A stretch of 64,000 bases of DNA from Candidatus Sumerlaeales bacterium (GCA_038243585.1 JBBSQY010000007.1:1-64000), one strand, 5' to 3'. Positions 37,280 to 48,134 are shown, counted from the first letter of the stretch. Numbers and translations are program-made. The notes: generated from the sequence alone by a model not told the origin.

Positions 37280-38140
37280 TTAGGCGATAGCCGCCGACTT
37301 CAGTTCCTGCTCGTCCGCTGATAGATCACTGTCAGTGTCGTCGTTGCCGATCTTATAGCGGTTACGAAACACATCAATGCCGGAGCGGAGTTCGTTCATG
37401 TCAATAAAAGCGCCTTTGCAAGGACCCATGGGGCGCTTGTTCGTTACTCCAAGAACAGGGAAATACTTGCCCACGTCCCGGATGCCGGAGATCAAATCCC
37501 GCTCACACGCAATGCCGATAATGGCCGCTGGTTTGGTCTGCACAACCTTCTGGCGTGCCTGAGCGCCTGTGGGTGCCATGTAGAAATCGCAATCATATTC
37601 CGCGCTCAGCGACCGAATCTGATCCGCAGTATCGCGATCAATGCAGCGGGGCGACAATACCAGCAGGCGACCTTTGCTGGGCATACCCATGCGCAGGCGG
37701 GTCAGCTCATTATGTATCTCCAGCAGCGAGTAGCCGAGGCGGTCTTTGGAAATGCCGCAGTGTTTTGAGATCGAAGAGAAAAAATCAAACAATTTAATAG
37801 ACTGCATACACGCCGCGTCAGCGAGGCGGTTTGGCTTATGGGTTATCAAGACTAAGGTTATAGAACCCAGCCATACAGCAAAGGCTGCGGCAAAAACGCC
37901 CAGCAGCACGATGCTCCCGGTGGCCACAGCGGGATGAATAGACTGAAGCCGTAGATAGAATCCCCACACGAGAAAGGAGGCCAGCGAAAAGAATAAGATA
38001 AAAGTAAACGCCACAATCCCCAGGAACAACCGTTTGGGTTCCTCAATAAAGCCTTCGTGCGCTTCGACGTTTCCGTCCCAGCCATACCACTCGTGACCAA
38101 GTTTGCGGTCTGTAATGTGCGTTTCCATATTCGCGGCCAT
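37280..38140 (-). CDS. DUF116-family membrane protein
   Basis: Two TM helices, LSPRCI, IIGIACERDLISG, GPCK. Confidence 0.75.
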   Translation of the reverse strand: MAANMETHITDRKLGHEWYGWDGNVEAHEGFIEEPKRLFLGIVAFTFILFFSLASFLVWGFYLRLQSIHPAVATGSIVLLGVFAAAFAVWLGSITLVLITHKPNRLADAACMQSIKLFDFFSSISKHCGISKDRLGYSLLEIHNELTRLRMGMPSKGRLLVLSPRCIDRDTADQIRSLSAEYDCDFYMAPTGAQARQKVVQTKPAAIIGIACERDLISGIRDVGKYFPVLGVTNKRPMGPCKGAFIDMNELRSGIDVFRNRYKIGNDDTDSDLSADEQELKSAAIA

Positions 38141-38298
38141 GTTAAACCCCTTTTTTCCGGTAGTGGAGAAAGTCAAATAAGGTTACGGAAGCCTATCCTC
38201 GTTATTCGGCAGGCTGAAACGTGGTGTGCCGTCAATGCCGCGAAGCGGTGGGTATAGGAACGCGGCGAAGTCGGTCGTGTTTTGATATATACGAGTTA

Positions 38299-38323
38299 CA
38301 CAGGTGGGACGCCTATGCTACTT
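38299..38323 (+). repeat. REP-like element (copy 1)
   Basis: CACAGGTGGGACGCCTATGCTACTT, 22/25 identical to 57163-57187. Confidence 0.5.
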
Positions 38324-38338
38324 GAATCTGCGGCATTA

Positions 38339-38372
38339 AAAAACCTCGCGACAGGTAATCCGCCGCGAGGTA
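38339..38372 (-). terminator. Intrinsic terminator for the Spy-like gene
   Basis: ACCTCGCG...CGCGAGGT stem with an A-run on the plus strand. Confidence 0.55.
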
Positions 38373-38406
38373 TGTTGGCTATATATATTGGTAAAGTGCT
38401 TTGCGT

Positions 38407-39105
38407 TTATTGATCGGCAAAAGGGTTTGCGGCTGTGCTGTCCGTCGTGACGGTATCGTCAGTGGCCGGCTTGGTTTCACGGTCAAAACGCTTGTTGTCT
38501 TTGCCGGTTTTTTTCCCTTTTTCGCCCTTCTTTCCCTTTTCGCCTTTTTTACCTGGCTTGCGTCCTTTGTCGGGTCTGTCTGCTTTTGAGCGCGTTGACT
38601 TGTTGTCGTTGCTGCTCATGCGGTCGCGACCGGCGGTTTTCATTAAATCAGCGGTTTTTGTGTTAACTTCCGTCAACTGTTCCGGCGTTAAATTGGCTTG
38701 CAGAAACGCGTCTGCTTCCTGCTGTGCCGTTTCCATCTTTTGACGCAGAGGTTGCATTATTGCCTGGCGGGCTTCGCGATCCGTTGCCTGTCGCGCCTGC
38801 TTCATCGCTGTGCGCATTTCTTCACGCACCGTATCAGCTTCGGTTTTATGCTGCTCCAGAAAATCGTTCAGCGCCTGCTTCTGTTCCGTCGAAAGCGTCG
38901 GCAGGTTTTTGGCGACCTGGATTTTGGCGAAAGGACCAGCCTGATGGTGTCCCATTTCCCGATTCGGGCCTTCGGGAGGAGTATGCGGGGCATTCATAGG
39001 GGCGGAGCCCATAACGGCAGGGCCGGTCGTAGGCGGCTGTGCCATTGCCACGCCTGCGGCCATGCTCATTACTGCAAAAAAAGCGGTGAGGTTCAATCTG
39101 TTCAT
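38407..39105 (-). CDS. Secreted Spy/CpxP-like (LTXXQ) helical protein with Lys/Gly-rich tail
   Basis: Signal peptide, LSTEQKQ and LTPEQ motifs, GKKGEK repeats. Confidence 0.6.
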   Translation of the reverse strand: MNRLNLTAFFAVMSMAAGVAMAQPPTTGPAVMGSAPMNAPHTPPEGPNREMGHHQAGPFAKIQVAKNLPTLSTEQKQALNDFLEQHKTEADTVREEMRTAMKQARQATDREARQAIMQPLRQKMETAQQEADAFLQANLTPEQLTEVNTKTADLMKTAGRDRMSSNDNKSTRSKADRPDKGRKPGKKGEKGKKGEKGKKTGKDNKRFDRETKPATDDTVTTDSTAANPFADQ

Positions 39106-39397
39106 GAAGGGTCATTCCTTAGTATTAAGATGGTCAACGATTAAGAATGATGCGCAATGGTTGTGCCACATCATCTCTGAAGTTAGAATATTGATAATAC
39201 TGCGGTTGATAAATGATGGGGCCGAAAAACTGTTCGATCCCGTTCTGCTGTACGTGTTCGTCTGACCAAATAGAACAATCGACACCACACAACGTCTGTC
39301 CCGATTTAATAAGCATTTCCGCCCGAACAGTGTACCCTTTTTACTTGTTGTATCCGGGGGGGAACGATTTTAAAATGGAAAAAAGGTATGTAATCAG

Positions 39398-40771
39398 ATG
39401 ACTCGATTTGTCCCTCTAATACTCGTCGCCCTGCTAAGCACCTTCGCCGCCAACGCTTTCGCGGCCACTAACGTGCAGGCTAATATTGAAGCACAGGGGC
39501 TACTTCTTACCCTCGCCGGCATTTTCTTCGGCGGAATGCTCGTCAGCATGACCCCATGTGTTTATCCGATGATCCCCATTACGTTAAGTATCATCGGCGC
39601 GCGCAGCGCGGAATCGAAACCGATTGTTGGATTCCTGCGATCTCTCGTGTTCGTTCTGGGCATCGCCACCATCTATACGGTGTTGGGCTTGATTGTCGCA
39701 CTTAGCGGCGGAACCATAGGTTTTCTGCTTCAGAGCAAAGCGTTTCTGATCGTTCTTTCGGTTTTGTTTATTGTCATGGGATTGAGCATGCTGGGCCTGT
39801 TTAATCTGCAATTGCCCCCCGCCTTCACGTCAAAGCTGCAAGGCAGCGGAAATCGCGGCGGGTTCCTTGGCGCGTTTCTGCTAGGCATTACTACCGGTGT
39901 GGTCGCGTCCCCCTGTGGCAGTCCGGTGCTGGTGGGCATTCTTGCCTTGGCCGGAGCGGGCGGCCAGCCATCCCTGGGTGCCATAATGCTGTTTACCTAT
40001 GCGCTGGGCATCGGAATGTTGTTCCTGGTACTAGGCACGTTCCCAGCATTTTTAAGTAAAGTTCCAAAATCCGGCGTATGGATGGAAGACGTCAAAAAGA
40101 TGTTGGGTCTGGTGTTGATCATCGCGTCATTTTACTATCTGGGCCTGGCGTTGCCAAAGATGCTTGTGTGGGGAATGTTGATCGCCACCTGCCTGATGTT
40201 CGCGGTGATTATCGCCATTAAAAGCCGCGAGCGGCACCCTTGGCCGAAGCTGTTGTGGGCGTGGCGCGCAGCAGGTTTGATCCTGGTAGGATTGGCTTTC
40301 TACGCGGCCTTTGCGGCTGTGCCGGCATTGTTGGCACAGGAAGCAAAGGTAAACGAACAGAATTCCGGTATCCCCGGTTTGATGGACGGACGTACGTCAG
40401 GCACGCTGGAAGCGCCGCCCGCGGCATGGCTGACTGACGAGCCTGCAGCTCTCGCCATGGGTAAGGAGTATGGCTGGCCGGTAATAGTGGATTTCGGGGC
40501 AGAGTGGTGCGCCGCCTGTCAGGAGCTGGAACACAAAACTTTTGCGGATCCCGCCGTTGAAAAAGTTCTGGCCGGCTACGTGAAAGTACGCATCGACTGC
40601 ACAGAAGAGACGCCGGAAAACGCCGCACTTCAGAAGAAGTACAACAGTCCGTCGTTGCCAACCGTATCGTTTATAAACGCGCAGGGGACCTATCTGCCGG
40701 ATTTATCTCTTTATGAATTCGAGACGCCAGAGGAATTCCTGGTGCGGTTGTCGCAGGTAACCGGCGAATGA
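39398..40771 (+). CDS. DsbD/CcdA-type thiol-disulfide transporter with C-terminal thioredoxin domain
   Basis: TPCVYPMIP and ASPCGSP in the TM domain; WCAAC thioredoxin motif. Confidence 0.88.
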   Translation: MTRFVPLILVALLSTFAANAFAATNVQANIEAQGLLLTLAGIFFGGMLVSMTPCVYPMIPITLSIIGARSAESKPIVGFLRSLVFVLGIATIYTVLGLIVALSGGTIGFLLQSKAFLIVLSVLFIVMGLSMLGLFNLQLPPAFTSKLQGSGNRGGFLGAFLLGITTGVVASPCGSPVLVGILALAGAGGQPSLGAIMLFTYALGIGMLFLVLGTFPAFLSKVPKSGVWMEDVKKMLGLVLIIASFYYLGLALPKMLVWGMLIATCLMFAVIIAIKSRERHPWPKLLWAWRAAGLILVGLAFYAAFAAVPALLAQEAKVNEQNSGIPGLMDGRTSGTLEAPPAAWLTDEPAALAMGKEYGWPVIVDFGAEWCAACQELEHKTFADPAVEKVLAGYVKVRIDCTEETPENAALQKKYNSPSLPTVSFINAQGTYLPDLSLYEFETPEEFLVRLSQVTGE

Positions 40772-40792
40772 GCCCAGCCGTGGAAGGCCGTC

Positions 40793-41008
40793 GTGCCGCC
40801 TCTCGGTAAGATGCTTATCATCGGCGGCGTCATGATGATTCTGGCGGGGCTTTTCGTATGGGGCGGACCGCGCCTGCCGTGGATTGGCAGGTTGCCCGGC
40901 GACATCCGAATAGAAGGCAAAAGCGGGTCCTTTTACTTTCCCGTCGTTACGTGCATCATCATTAGCGTGGTATTGAGCATCATTTTAAACCTGTTCCGGG
41001 GACGCTGA
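40793..41008 (+). CDS. DUF2905 small membrane protein
   Basis: GRLPGDIRIE...FYFPVVTCIIIS. Confidence 0.85.
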   Translation: MPPLGKMLIIGGVMMILAGLFVWGGPRLPWIGRLPGDIRIEGKSGSFYFPVVTCIIISVVLSIILNLFRGR

Positions 41009-41014
41009 CTTTTC

Positions 41015-41812
41015 ATGACCACTGTTATTGATAACTCTGTCACCGGCGTGGCGGGTATGCAAAATGACGATCCGGCTAATGCGCCTGGCGTTCTTATTGA
41101 ACATCTCACGAAAACCTATGAGGATCTGACGGCTGTGGACGACCTGAACCTGGTCGTGCCACGGGGGGAATTTCTCTGCTGCCTGGGACCCAACGGTGCC
41201 GGAAAAACAACGACCATCAAGATGCTGACCGGGCTCATTCGCCCCACCAGCGGGCGGGTGATGGTGGCGGGCTACGATGTCCTCAAGCAACCGGTAGAGG
41301 CAAAGCGCCGCATTGGTTATGTTCCGGATCAGCCGTACCTTTATGAAAAACTGAGCGGCCGGGAATTCTTTCATTTTGTGGGAGATCTGTTTTCTGTCCC
41401 GCGTGATTTGCAGGAAGAAAAACTGAACTACTTCATGGACTTGTTTGAAATTAAAGGCGTGGCGGACAAGCTTATCGAAGGCTACAGCCACGGCATGAGG
41501 CAAAAGCTGGTGATCAGCGCCAGCCTGATGCACGATCCAGAAGTGGTGGTGGTGGATGAGCCGATGGTCGGCCTCGATCCGAAAAGCGCCCGAACGGTGA
41601 AGCGGCTTTTTCGCCAACAGGCGGAAATGGGACGCACCATATTTCTATGCACCCACGTGCTGAGCGTGGCGGAGGAACTGGCGGACCGCATTGCCATCTT
41701 CAACCACGGCAAAGTGATTTTCCTCGGAACCATGGGCGACCTGCGCGAGCGGCTCGGAAGCGACGATAGCCTGGAACAACTCTTCCTGGAACTGACAAAA
41801 GACGCGGACTAA
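41015..41812 (+). CDS. ABC transporter ATP-binding protein
   Basis: GPNGAGKTT, YSHGMRQK, VVDEP. Confidence 0.92.
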   Translation: MTTVIDNSVTGVAGMQNDDPANAPGVLIEHLTKTYEDLTAVDDLNLVVPRGEFLCCLGPNGAGKTTTIKMLTGLIRPTSGRVMVAGYDVLKQPVEAKRRIGYVPDQPYLYEKLSGREFFHFVGDLFSVPRDLQEEKLNYFMDLFEIKGVADKLIEGYSHGMRQKLVISASLMHDPEVVVVDEPMVGLDPKSARTVKRLFRQQAEMGRTIFLCTHVLSVAEELADRIAIFNHGKVIFLGTMGDLRERLGSDDSLEQLFLELTKDAD

Positions 41813-41876
41813 GTGGTCGCGCCGGCGGTCTGATTTTTGTCATTCGCGATCCGCGGGCGTGTCGCACTTATAAATG

Positions 41877-42128
41877 TTACCGCTGCGGTCGGATGAGCAG
41901 GATGTATCCGATGAACACTCCCGCAAAAATTCCGCCGATGACCGTGGCCGCGAACTTCTGAAACACCTGCCACCACCACCCTGACTCCATATCTGTTGAG
42001 GCGGGTTCCTGCAATATCGCTACCAGCCACACGCCCAGGTAATAACCAAATACTGCCATTGAGCATATGACCAGCAGGTGCACAACCCACCACATGATCA
42101 GCTCCGGAGGAGCGGTATCAGATTTCAC
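41877..42128 (-). CDS. Small two-TM hypothetical protein
   Basis: Two hydrophobic segments. Confidence 0.45.
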   Translation of the reverse strand: MKSDTAPPELIMWWVVHLLVICSMAVFGYYLGVWLVAILQEPASTDMESGWWWQVFQKFAATVIGGIFAGVFIGYILLIRPQR

Positions 42129-42146
42129 TGCGGTTGACTGGCAGTC

Positions 42147-44873
42147 TTAGTACAACTGCCAGTCGTCAACGCCGGAGCTTACCAATTCGAATCGGACGGC
42201 GTCCATTACGAACCGGTTACCAGGCGAAGATCCATTTCCGTCAAGATTCTTAAATCGTAGTGTGCCGTTCGTCCCGGCAGCAAACTGCACGTTTGCAGAA
42301 AGTAACGCCCACTGATTTACCAAATTTGCATCTGTAAATACCAGCCGCTTCTGCCCGGTTATGAGAGGTCCAGAACCTGTAATCGTATATTCCGTCAGGG
42401 CATCGTTGTTGTTGCCAGGACCCATCGTCACATAGATGTTATAGCCCCCAGGCACGGGCAGGTTTGGACGGAAAGTCGCTGTCTGATTGATCGTGGTGCC
42501 ATAACGCGCTCCGCTTCCAGTCAATCCGGGAGCGGAACTTTTGCTGGTGGTGGGAAACATGCCCCCGCTTTCCACATAGGTAGGGGACGGAGTCACGTTG
42601 CCGTTGCTCAGGCGGCTCTCGACGATTACATCGGCGCTGACTACGCTCACCGGACCGACCAGGGTCGCCGTGCCCTTGTTGTTGTAGTCATCGACCGGCA
42701 CTATTTTATAGTAGTAGTTTCCCGCAGTCGGAAACGGGCCATCGGTGAAGCTGTTGCCTGTGATTGTCTGCGAGACGCCGACCTGGTTCGAGTATAATTC
42801 CCGGACCGATGATGAAGTCGAACGATAGATTAAATAATGGACTGGTACTTCACCGTCAGTGGCAGCCGCCGGCGTGTTCCAGGTTATGGTAGCATAATAC
42901 TGCTGGCTGGTTGCGGTCCCGCCAAATATGGCAAGAGGCGGCGTATTGTCATAGCCATCTTTCATCAGGTAATCCGGCAGCGGCGCGGCGGACGACATGA
43001 CGTCCGGACCACAAGCAGTAGTCGCACTGCGGATCCGGGAAATCATGCTCGTGCCAAATGCCTGAGATGGTATCAACAGGCTCTCGGCGCTGAAAATCCC
43101 GCTGCCGTTGAGCGGATACCCGGCTGACTGAGTGTCGCAGATGTTGTCGGCGAGGGCCTGGGCTGTGTTTGCCGCGTCCGTTGCATCGTCTATCTCAAGC
43201 GTAGCGAACAGAGGAGCCACATTGGTGTTTGATCCGGGCATAAGACCATAATCCATGGGGTCGGAAACCTGATCGCCGTACAGGGCTTTTGTCATTAGAA
43301 CACGGTTGGCCCCCGGTGCATTATAACTGCCACCAGGTCCGCCACTGTTCCACTGGCGATAAAACTGCGGCTGGATTAGATCCTCGGCACCAAAAGTGAT
43401 GGTACGGTTTGCCGTAGGTATGGCGCTCCACTTTGGCCAGCTTTGAAATACCCGGTTATAGGTATCATTGAAGCTGGTCACATAGGCAATGGGAACGGTT
43501 CCCACAATCATCCATGGCTTCATATCCGTCACCGCGACATAGGCGTCATGGAGGAATGTCGTAATTACTTCCTGCCGTTTTTTCTCAAAGGCAACGCTCT
43601 GCGGGTCGGGAGGGGAAGCAGGATTGTAACCCATTTCAATTAGGGCCTGAGGATTATAGCCGAAATTGTTGCCTTGGTAGCGGATGCGGTCGAAGATGAT
43701 GCCGTCAAGATCGTAGTTTTGAACCAGGTCTTTCAGGACGTTGATCGTGTGGGCGCGCACATCTGCACGACCTGGGTCAGCCCATAGACCCGACTTATCA
43801 TCACCACCAGTACCCGCGGTTTGTGGAGTAGGTGCCGTACCAGGCCCGCGGTACACGTAGGTGACGCTGCCCGCCGGCATGGCGGACGGGTAATTATTGT
43901 TGCCGTCTGTAACGAGGAAGCAGGAGAATGCCCCATAGACACGCATCCCGAGTTCATGTCCGCGATCAATGGCATACTGAACCGGATCATTGCCAGCGTT
44001 TGCACCGTTCCCAAAGGGTTCATTGTGCTGGTAAGTGTTGAAGTTGCGATTTTTAATGTAATAATGATTGGCCCGGTAGCGAACGAGGATGTCGATGCAG
44101 TTAAATCCGTTGGCTTTTGCCTGGGTTATGTAGGTTTCGATATTGGCCAGGCTGGTCAAGCCGTCTCCGATGGAAATCCAGCAATGGCGCTCTTCGCCGA
44201 AACTGCCGGGACCGATGCGTTTGATATTGTCGATGTAAACGGCGCTGGTGTTAGTGGCGACTGGCCATGTCGACGCGGATCCGCGGTGAGGGCCCGCAAA
44301 ATCCGCGTGAGGCTCGCCGGGAGTGCCGATAGGGTCTGTACTGGGGTCTGTGCTGAAATAAAGGGTAAGATCCTTTGGAAAAGTGCCGCCTGCGGAAACC
44401 TGTACTCCAGCACCGATGGTCTGGTAGCCGAATGTCGCAGCGTTTGTGGGTCTGTCCGGCAGGTTCAGGATGTATCCCGCGTTTACATCGCTGACGCGGG
44501 CATTACTAGGCGAGCCGACCTTCGCAGCCATGCCGAAGGTGGCAATGGGTCCCGCGGCGGTGTTGTTGACTTTCACGTCGGAGGTAACCATGTAAAATCC
44601 GGCTTCGGAGAAGGCGTTCGGAATGGTGACCACGACGCCGTTGACGTTTCCGCCGGGGTCGGTCATCTGGAGGCGCTGACTGCCGCCTTCGGACGCCACG
44701 GAAAATGCGCTGGAAGAGTCGCCGGAGGCGGAGGAATTCGCCCCCGTGGCCCTGGCGATAGTCGGCAGTGCTCCTTCAAAATCCGACAGTACGACAGTAT
44801 CGACGGGAGAAGCCGCTAGAAGGCCGGCGGGCAGTAAAGCAAAGAGAATGGAAGTAATATTTTTAAAGTTCAT
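42147..44873 (-). CDS. Secreted GHL10/DUF187-type glycoside hydrolase with FN3-like and Golvesin/CBM-like domains
   Basis: Signal peptide from ATG 44873; DP....HELGMRVY, DLVQNYDLDGIIFDRIRY; FRPNLPVPGGYNIY...MDAVRF; ends VDDWQLY. Confidence 0.75.
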   Translation of the reverse strand: MNFKNITSILFALLPAGLLAASPVDTVVLSDFEGALPTIARATGANSSASGDSSSAFSVASEGGSQRLQMTDPGGNVNGVVVTIPNAFSEAGFYMVTSDVKVNNTAAGPIATFGMAAKVGSPSNARVSDVNAGYILNLPDRPTNAATFGYQTIGAGVQVSAGGTFPKDLTLYFSTDPSTDPIGTPGEPHADFAGPHRGSASTWPVATNTSAVYIDNIKRIGPGSFGEERHCWISIGDGLTSLANIETYITQAKANGFNCIDILVRYRANHYYIKNRNFNTYQHNEPFGNGANAGNDPVQYAIDRGHELGMRVYGAFSCFLVTDGNNNYPSAMPAGSVTYVYRGPGTAPTPQTAGTGGDDKSGLWADPGRADVRAHTINVLKDLVQNYDLDGIIFDRIRYQGNNFGYNPQALIEMGYNPASPPDPQSVAFEKKRQEVITTFLHDAYVAVTDMKPWMIVGTVPIAYVTSFNDTYNRVFQSWPKWSAIPTANRTITFGAEDLIQPQFYRQWNSGGPGGSYNAPGANRVLMTKALYGDQVSDPMDYGLMPGSNTNVAPLFATLEIDDATDAANTAQALADNICDTQSAGYPLNGSGIFSAESLLIPSQAFGTSMISRIRSATTACGPDVMSSAAPLPDYLMKDGYDNTPPLAIFGGTATSQQYYATITWNTPAAATDGEVPVHYLIYRSTSSSVRELYSNQVGVSQTITGNSFTDGPFPTAGNYYYKIVPVDDYNNKGTATLVGPVSVVSADVIVESRLSNGNVTPSPTYVESGGMFPTTSKSSAPGLTGSGARYGTTINQTATFRPNLPVPGGYNIYVTMGPGNNNDALTEYTITGSGPLITGQKRLVFTDANLVNQWALLSANVQFAAGTNGTLRFKNLDGNGSSPGNRFVMDAVRFELVSSGVDDWQLY

Positions 44874-45048
44874 ATAGGGGGACCGTTCGCCAAGGATATA
44901 ACACGATAAGAAATACTGGTCTGCATAATTGAAATCTGCAAACCAGAAAAATCTTCTATAGAACAAAATTTCTATTGATTCTTTCGTTCGTTCGCGAATA
45001 CCACTGCATAACTTTCACAACATCAACTGCTTTCGAGGAGCCTACACC

Positions 45049-46146
45049 GTGGCAAAAGTTGCCCAGGACACCGCAGAATCCGCCAACACCAGTAAAGCCG
45101 AATCAAACCGCACAAAGGCTCTTGATCTCGCGTTGACCCAGATCGAGCGTAACCACGGCAAGGGCTCCATCATGCGCTATGGGGAAAAATCCGTCGACGA
45201 AACCCAGCAGGTGATCACCACGGGTTCCATCTCTATTGATTGCGCGCTAGGCATCTGGGGCTTCCCCAGAGGCCGGGTTGTGGAAATTTATGGTCCGGAA
45301 TCCAGCGGAAAAACCACGCTGGCGCTGCACGTGGTAGCAAACGCCCAGCGGCTGGGCGGTGTGGCGGCGTATATCGACGCTGAACACGCCATGGATCCAA
45401 AGTATTGTCGTAACCTCGGCATTAACGTGGACGAGCTTCTGATTTCTCAGCCGGACACGGGCGAGCAGGCTCTGGACATTACGGAAACGCTGGTGCGCTC
45501 AAACGCCGTTGACGTTATTGTAATCGATTCCGTGGCGGCCCTGGTGCCGAAGGCGGAAATCGAAGGCGAGATGGGCGACTCTTTCATGGGCCTGCAGGCA
45601 CGCCTTATGAGTCAGGCGTTGCGCAAGCTGACCGCTTCTATCAGCCGCTCAAAAACCTGTGTGATCTTCATCAACCAGATCCGCGAAAAAATTGGTGTGA
45701 TGTTTGGAAGCCCGGAAACCACGACTGGTGGTCGTGCGCTGAAGTTTTACTCGTCTATCCGCATCGACATCCGACGCATTGGCGCGATTAAAGAAGGCAC
45801 AGATAACGTGGGCAACCGTTGCCGCGTGAAGATTGTAAAAAACAAGCTGGCTCCGCCGTTTCGTGAAGCGGAATTCGATATCATGTTTGGCGAAGGTATC
45901 TCCCGCCAGGGCGATCTCGTCGATCTTGGCGTTACTGCACAGGTTGTTGAGAAGAGCGGCTCATGGTTTTCCTTTAATGGGGAACGCATCGGTCAGGGAC
46001 GCGAGAACAGCAAGCAGTTCCTTAGGGATCACCCCGAAGTGGCGGATCGTATTGAAAAGCTGATAAAAGAAAAAATCAATCCAGACATGCTTGAAGGACC
46101 GCCGGTGGTCGACGACGACGACGATTTGCCGGAAGATCTGGTATAA
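45049..46146 (+). CDS. recA: Recombinase RecA
   Basis: [51 protein letters not shown]. Confidence 0.99.
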   Translation: MAKVAQDTAESANTSKAESNRTKALDLALTQIERNHGKGSIMRYGEKSVDETQQVITTGSISIDCALGIWGFPRGRVVEIYGPESSGKTTLALHVVANAQRLGGVAAYIDAEHAMDPKYCRNLGINVDELLISQPDTGEQALDITETLVRSNAVDVIVIDSVAALVPKAEIEGEMGDSFMGLQARLMSQALRKLTASISRSKTCVIFINQIREKIGVMFGSPETTTGGRALKFYSSIRIDIRRIGAIKEGTDNVGNRCRVKIVKNKLAPPFREAEFDIMFGEGISRQGDLVDLGVTAQVVEKSGSWFSFNGERIGQGRENSKQFLRDHPEVADRIEKLIKEKINPDMLEGPPVVDDDDDLPEDLV

Positions 46147-46160
46147 ACAGGGCAATCAGG

Positions 46161-46184
46161 GTTCTGGGCAGAATTGCCCAGAAC
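46161..46184 (+). terminator. Stem-loop downstream of recA
   Basis: GTTCTGGGCA-GAAT-TGCCCAGAAC 10-bp stem; no clear U-tract. Confidence 0.45.
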
Positions 46185-46294
46185 TCCTCGGCGGTCGTAA
46201 TTCGGTTATGCGCCTGCCATGTCAATGATATCTATTTTGTCAATAATAAGGCCCATTTCGTCCATCAAGTATACCATCCTTAAAAGCCGTACCT

Positions 46295-47266
46295 TTGCAA
46301 CCTGATCACCATGCGCCCCCTTCCGCGGCCGGCGATCCTGTATTGTCTGCGGAGCACCATGCGCATCACGCGCGGCGCGAGCTGATTGGTTTGCTGGAAG
46401 GCCTGTTCGCGGTATTCTTTTTTGCCATGACGCTTCCCATGTCCCGTTTTGTGGTGCGCGAGGTCGATCCCATTACTACGGGGTTGGTGCGTTGCGCCCT
46501 GGCCGGATCGCTTGCCGCGATTATGCTTTTTGTTTCTAAACAACCCTGGCCTAGCCGCCGGCAATATAAAGGGCTGGCGGCCTGCAGCGTAGGCATTGTC
46601 TACGTCTACCCAATTTTTGTCGCCTGGGCAATGAAGTATATTCCATCCAGCCATGGCAGCATCGTTGTCGGTCTACTGCCCCTGGCGACGGCCGCGGCTG
46701 CTGCGTTGCTCGGATATGAGCGTCCCGGTCTCCGCTTTTGGATTGCCGCTGTTGCCGGCAGTCTGATTGTGATAGCTTACGCGCTATTCCATGGCGGAGG
46801 AGGGATGCACGGAGCAGACATCGCGCTGATTATCGCTGTGATATGCAGCGGCGTCGCCTATGCGGAGGGCGGCTGGCTGGCGCGGGAGATGGGCGGCTGG
46901 CAGGTCATCTCCTGGGTCATGGCGCTGAACCTTCCTATTGTCCTCGTTGTGCTGGCCATCAGCCTGGCGTATAACGGTTTCCATGCGTCCGCTCTCACCA
47001 TTGTCGTTCTGCTTTTTATGGGAGTTTTCAATCAGTTCATCGCTTTTTTTGGCTGGTATAAAGCCATGGCTAACGTGGGCGTTGCCCGGGTCAGCCAGCT
47101 CCAGCTCCTTCAGCCTTTCATGACCGTCGTCATTGCGGCCGTCACGTTAAACGAGCTCATTACCTGGGATACCTGGCTGGCTTTGGTTCTCGTCATGGCC
47201 ACGGTTCTAATTGCTCGCCGGGCCGTTAAAAAGCCAACCACTCTCGCAGGTACGGGAATAGTATAA
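46295..47266 (+). CDS. DMT/EamA-family transporter
   Basis: About 10 TM helices in two EamA repeats; VARVSQLQLLQPF. Confidence 0.88.
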   Translation: MQPDHHAPPSAAGDPVLSAEHHAHHARRELIGLLEGLFAVFFFAMTLPMSRFVVREVDPITTGLVRCALAGSLAAIMLFVSKQPWPSRRQYKGLAACSVGIVYVYPIFVAWAMKYIPSSHGSIVVGLLPLATAAAAALLGYERPGLRFWIAAVAGSLIVIAYALFHGGGGMHGADIALIIAVICSGVAYAEGGWLAREMGGWQVISWVMALNLPIVLVVLAISLAYNGFHASALTIVVLLFMGVFNQFIAFFGWYKAMANVGVARVSQLQLLQPFMTVVIAAVTLNELITWDTWLALVLVMATVLIARRAVKKPTTLAGTGIV

Positions 47267-47402
47267 TCGTCCGGCACGCAGAAGAAAAATGGTATGTAAC
47301 TTCTGGGCCACATGGCTAAATCCGACGCTTCGCACTTATGATTCGCATTTCTGTATTCTGTCGGCTTGTATTTTGCTACAAACACATGAAGAGGTATTAC
47401 AA

Positions 47403-48134
47403 ATGACAAGAAGTTTTTCTTTCTTACGCAGCTCCACACTGGTAGCTGTTGGCGCTCTTATGATTTCGCCGGTTAGCGCGCAGGAGTCTGCCAACACCAA
47501 CATGGCAGCCGCTTCTACAACTTCCGCCACCGCAGCGTCCAACGCGAAATTGTCGCAAGAAGACATTAAGCTCATGCTTGATCAGGCGGAAAGCAGCGCA
47601 AACAAAACCGCCAGTCTCGAGGGAATCCGCTCTACTGGCGGCAAAAAGCGTCCTGGTAAATTTCATATTTTTATTGTAGACCGTAACGGAAAAACACTGG
47701 GCGGTCGTTCTATGCCCGACGCCTGGACAGGATCATTGGATATCGCACTTTCGAAAGCCCGCACCGCCGCTTTCTTTTCCAGCAATGAGAATGCCTTCAC
47801 CAGTCGCCACATCGGTATGCTTTCTCAGTCTCACGGTGCCGACGGCACAGGGCCCGCTGGTGGGCTGTGGGGCATTGGCCATTCGAACCAAGCCACTTCC
47901 GATGCGGGCTTTACTGGGCAAGTCAAACGGAATGGAATTATCACATTCCCTGGCGGCCTTCCTCTCTACAAAGATGGAATACTCGTGGGCGGAATAGGCG
48001 TTAGTGGTGATAGCGTTGATCAGGATGAGGCTGTCGCCTATGCGGGTGCCAAAGGTTTTATGCCTGGCTCTGACGTTGGAACGATTGCCCCTCTTGAGCC
48101 CAAAGCTGTTGAAATGATACCGGGAGAGAATTAA
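47403..48134 (+). CDS. Secreted GlcG/HbpS-family heme-binding protein
   Basis: Signal peptide, IALSKARTA, FPGGLPLYKDGILVGGIGVSG. Confidence 0.85.
   Translation: MTRSFSFLRSSTLVAVGALMISPVSAQESANTNMAAASTTSATAASNAKLSQEDIKLMLDQAESSANKTASLEGIRSTGGKKRPGKFHIFIVDRNGKTLGGRSMPDAWTGSLDIALSKARTAAFFSSNENAFTSRHIGMLSQSHGADGTGPAGGLWGIGHSNQATSDAGFTGQVKRNGIITFPGGLPLYKDGILVGGIGVSGDSVDQDEAVAYAGAKGFMPGSDVGTIAPLEPKAVEMIPGEN

Noticed and set aside
43821..44819. 332-aa plus-strand ORF
   Set aside because: Antisense shadow of the GHL10 hydrolase
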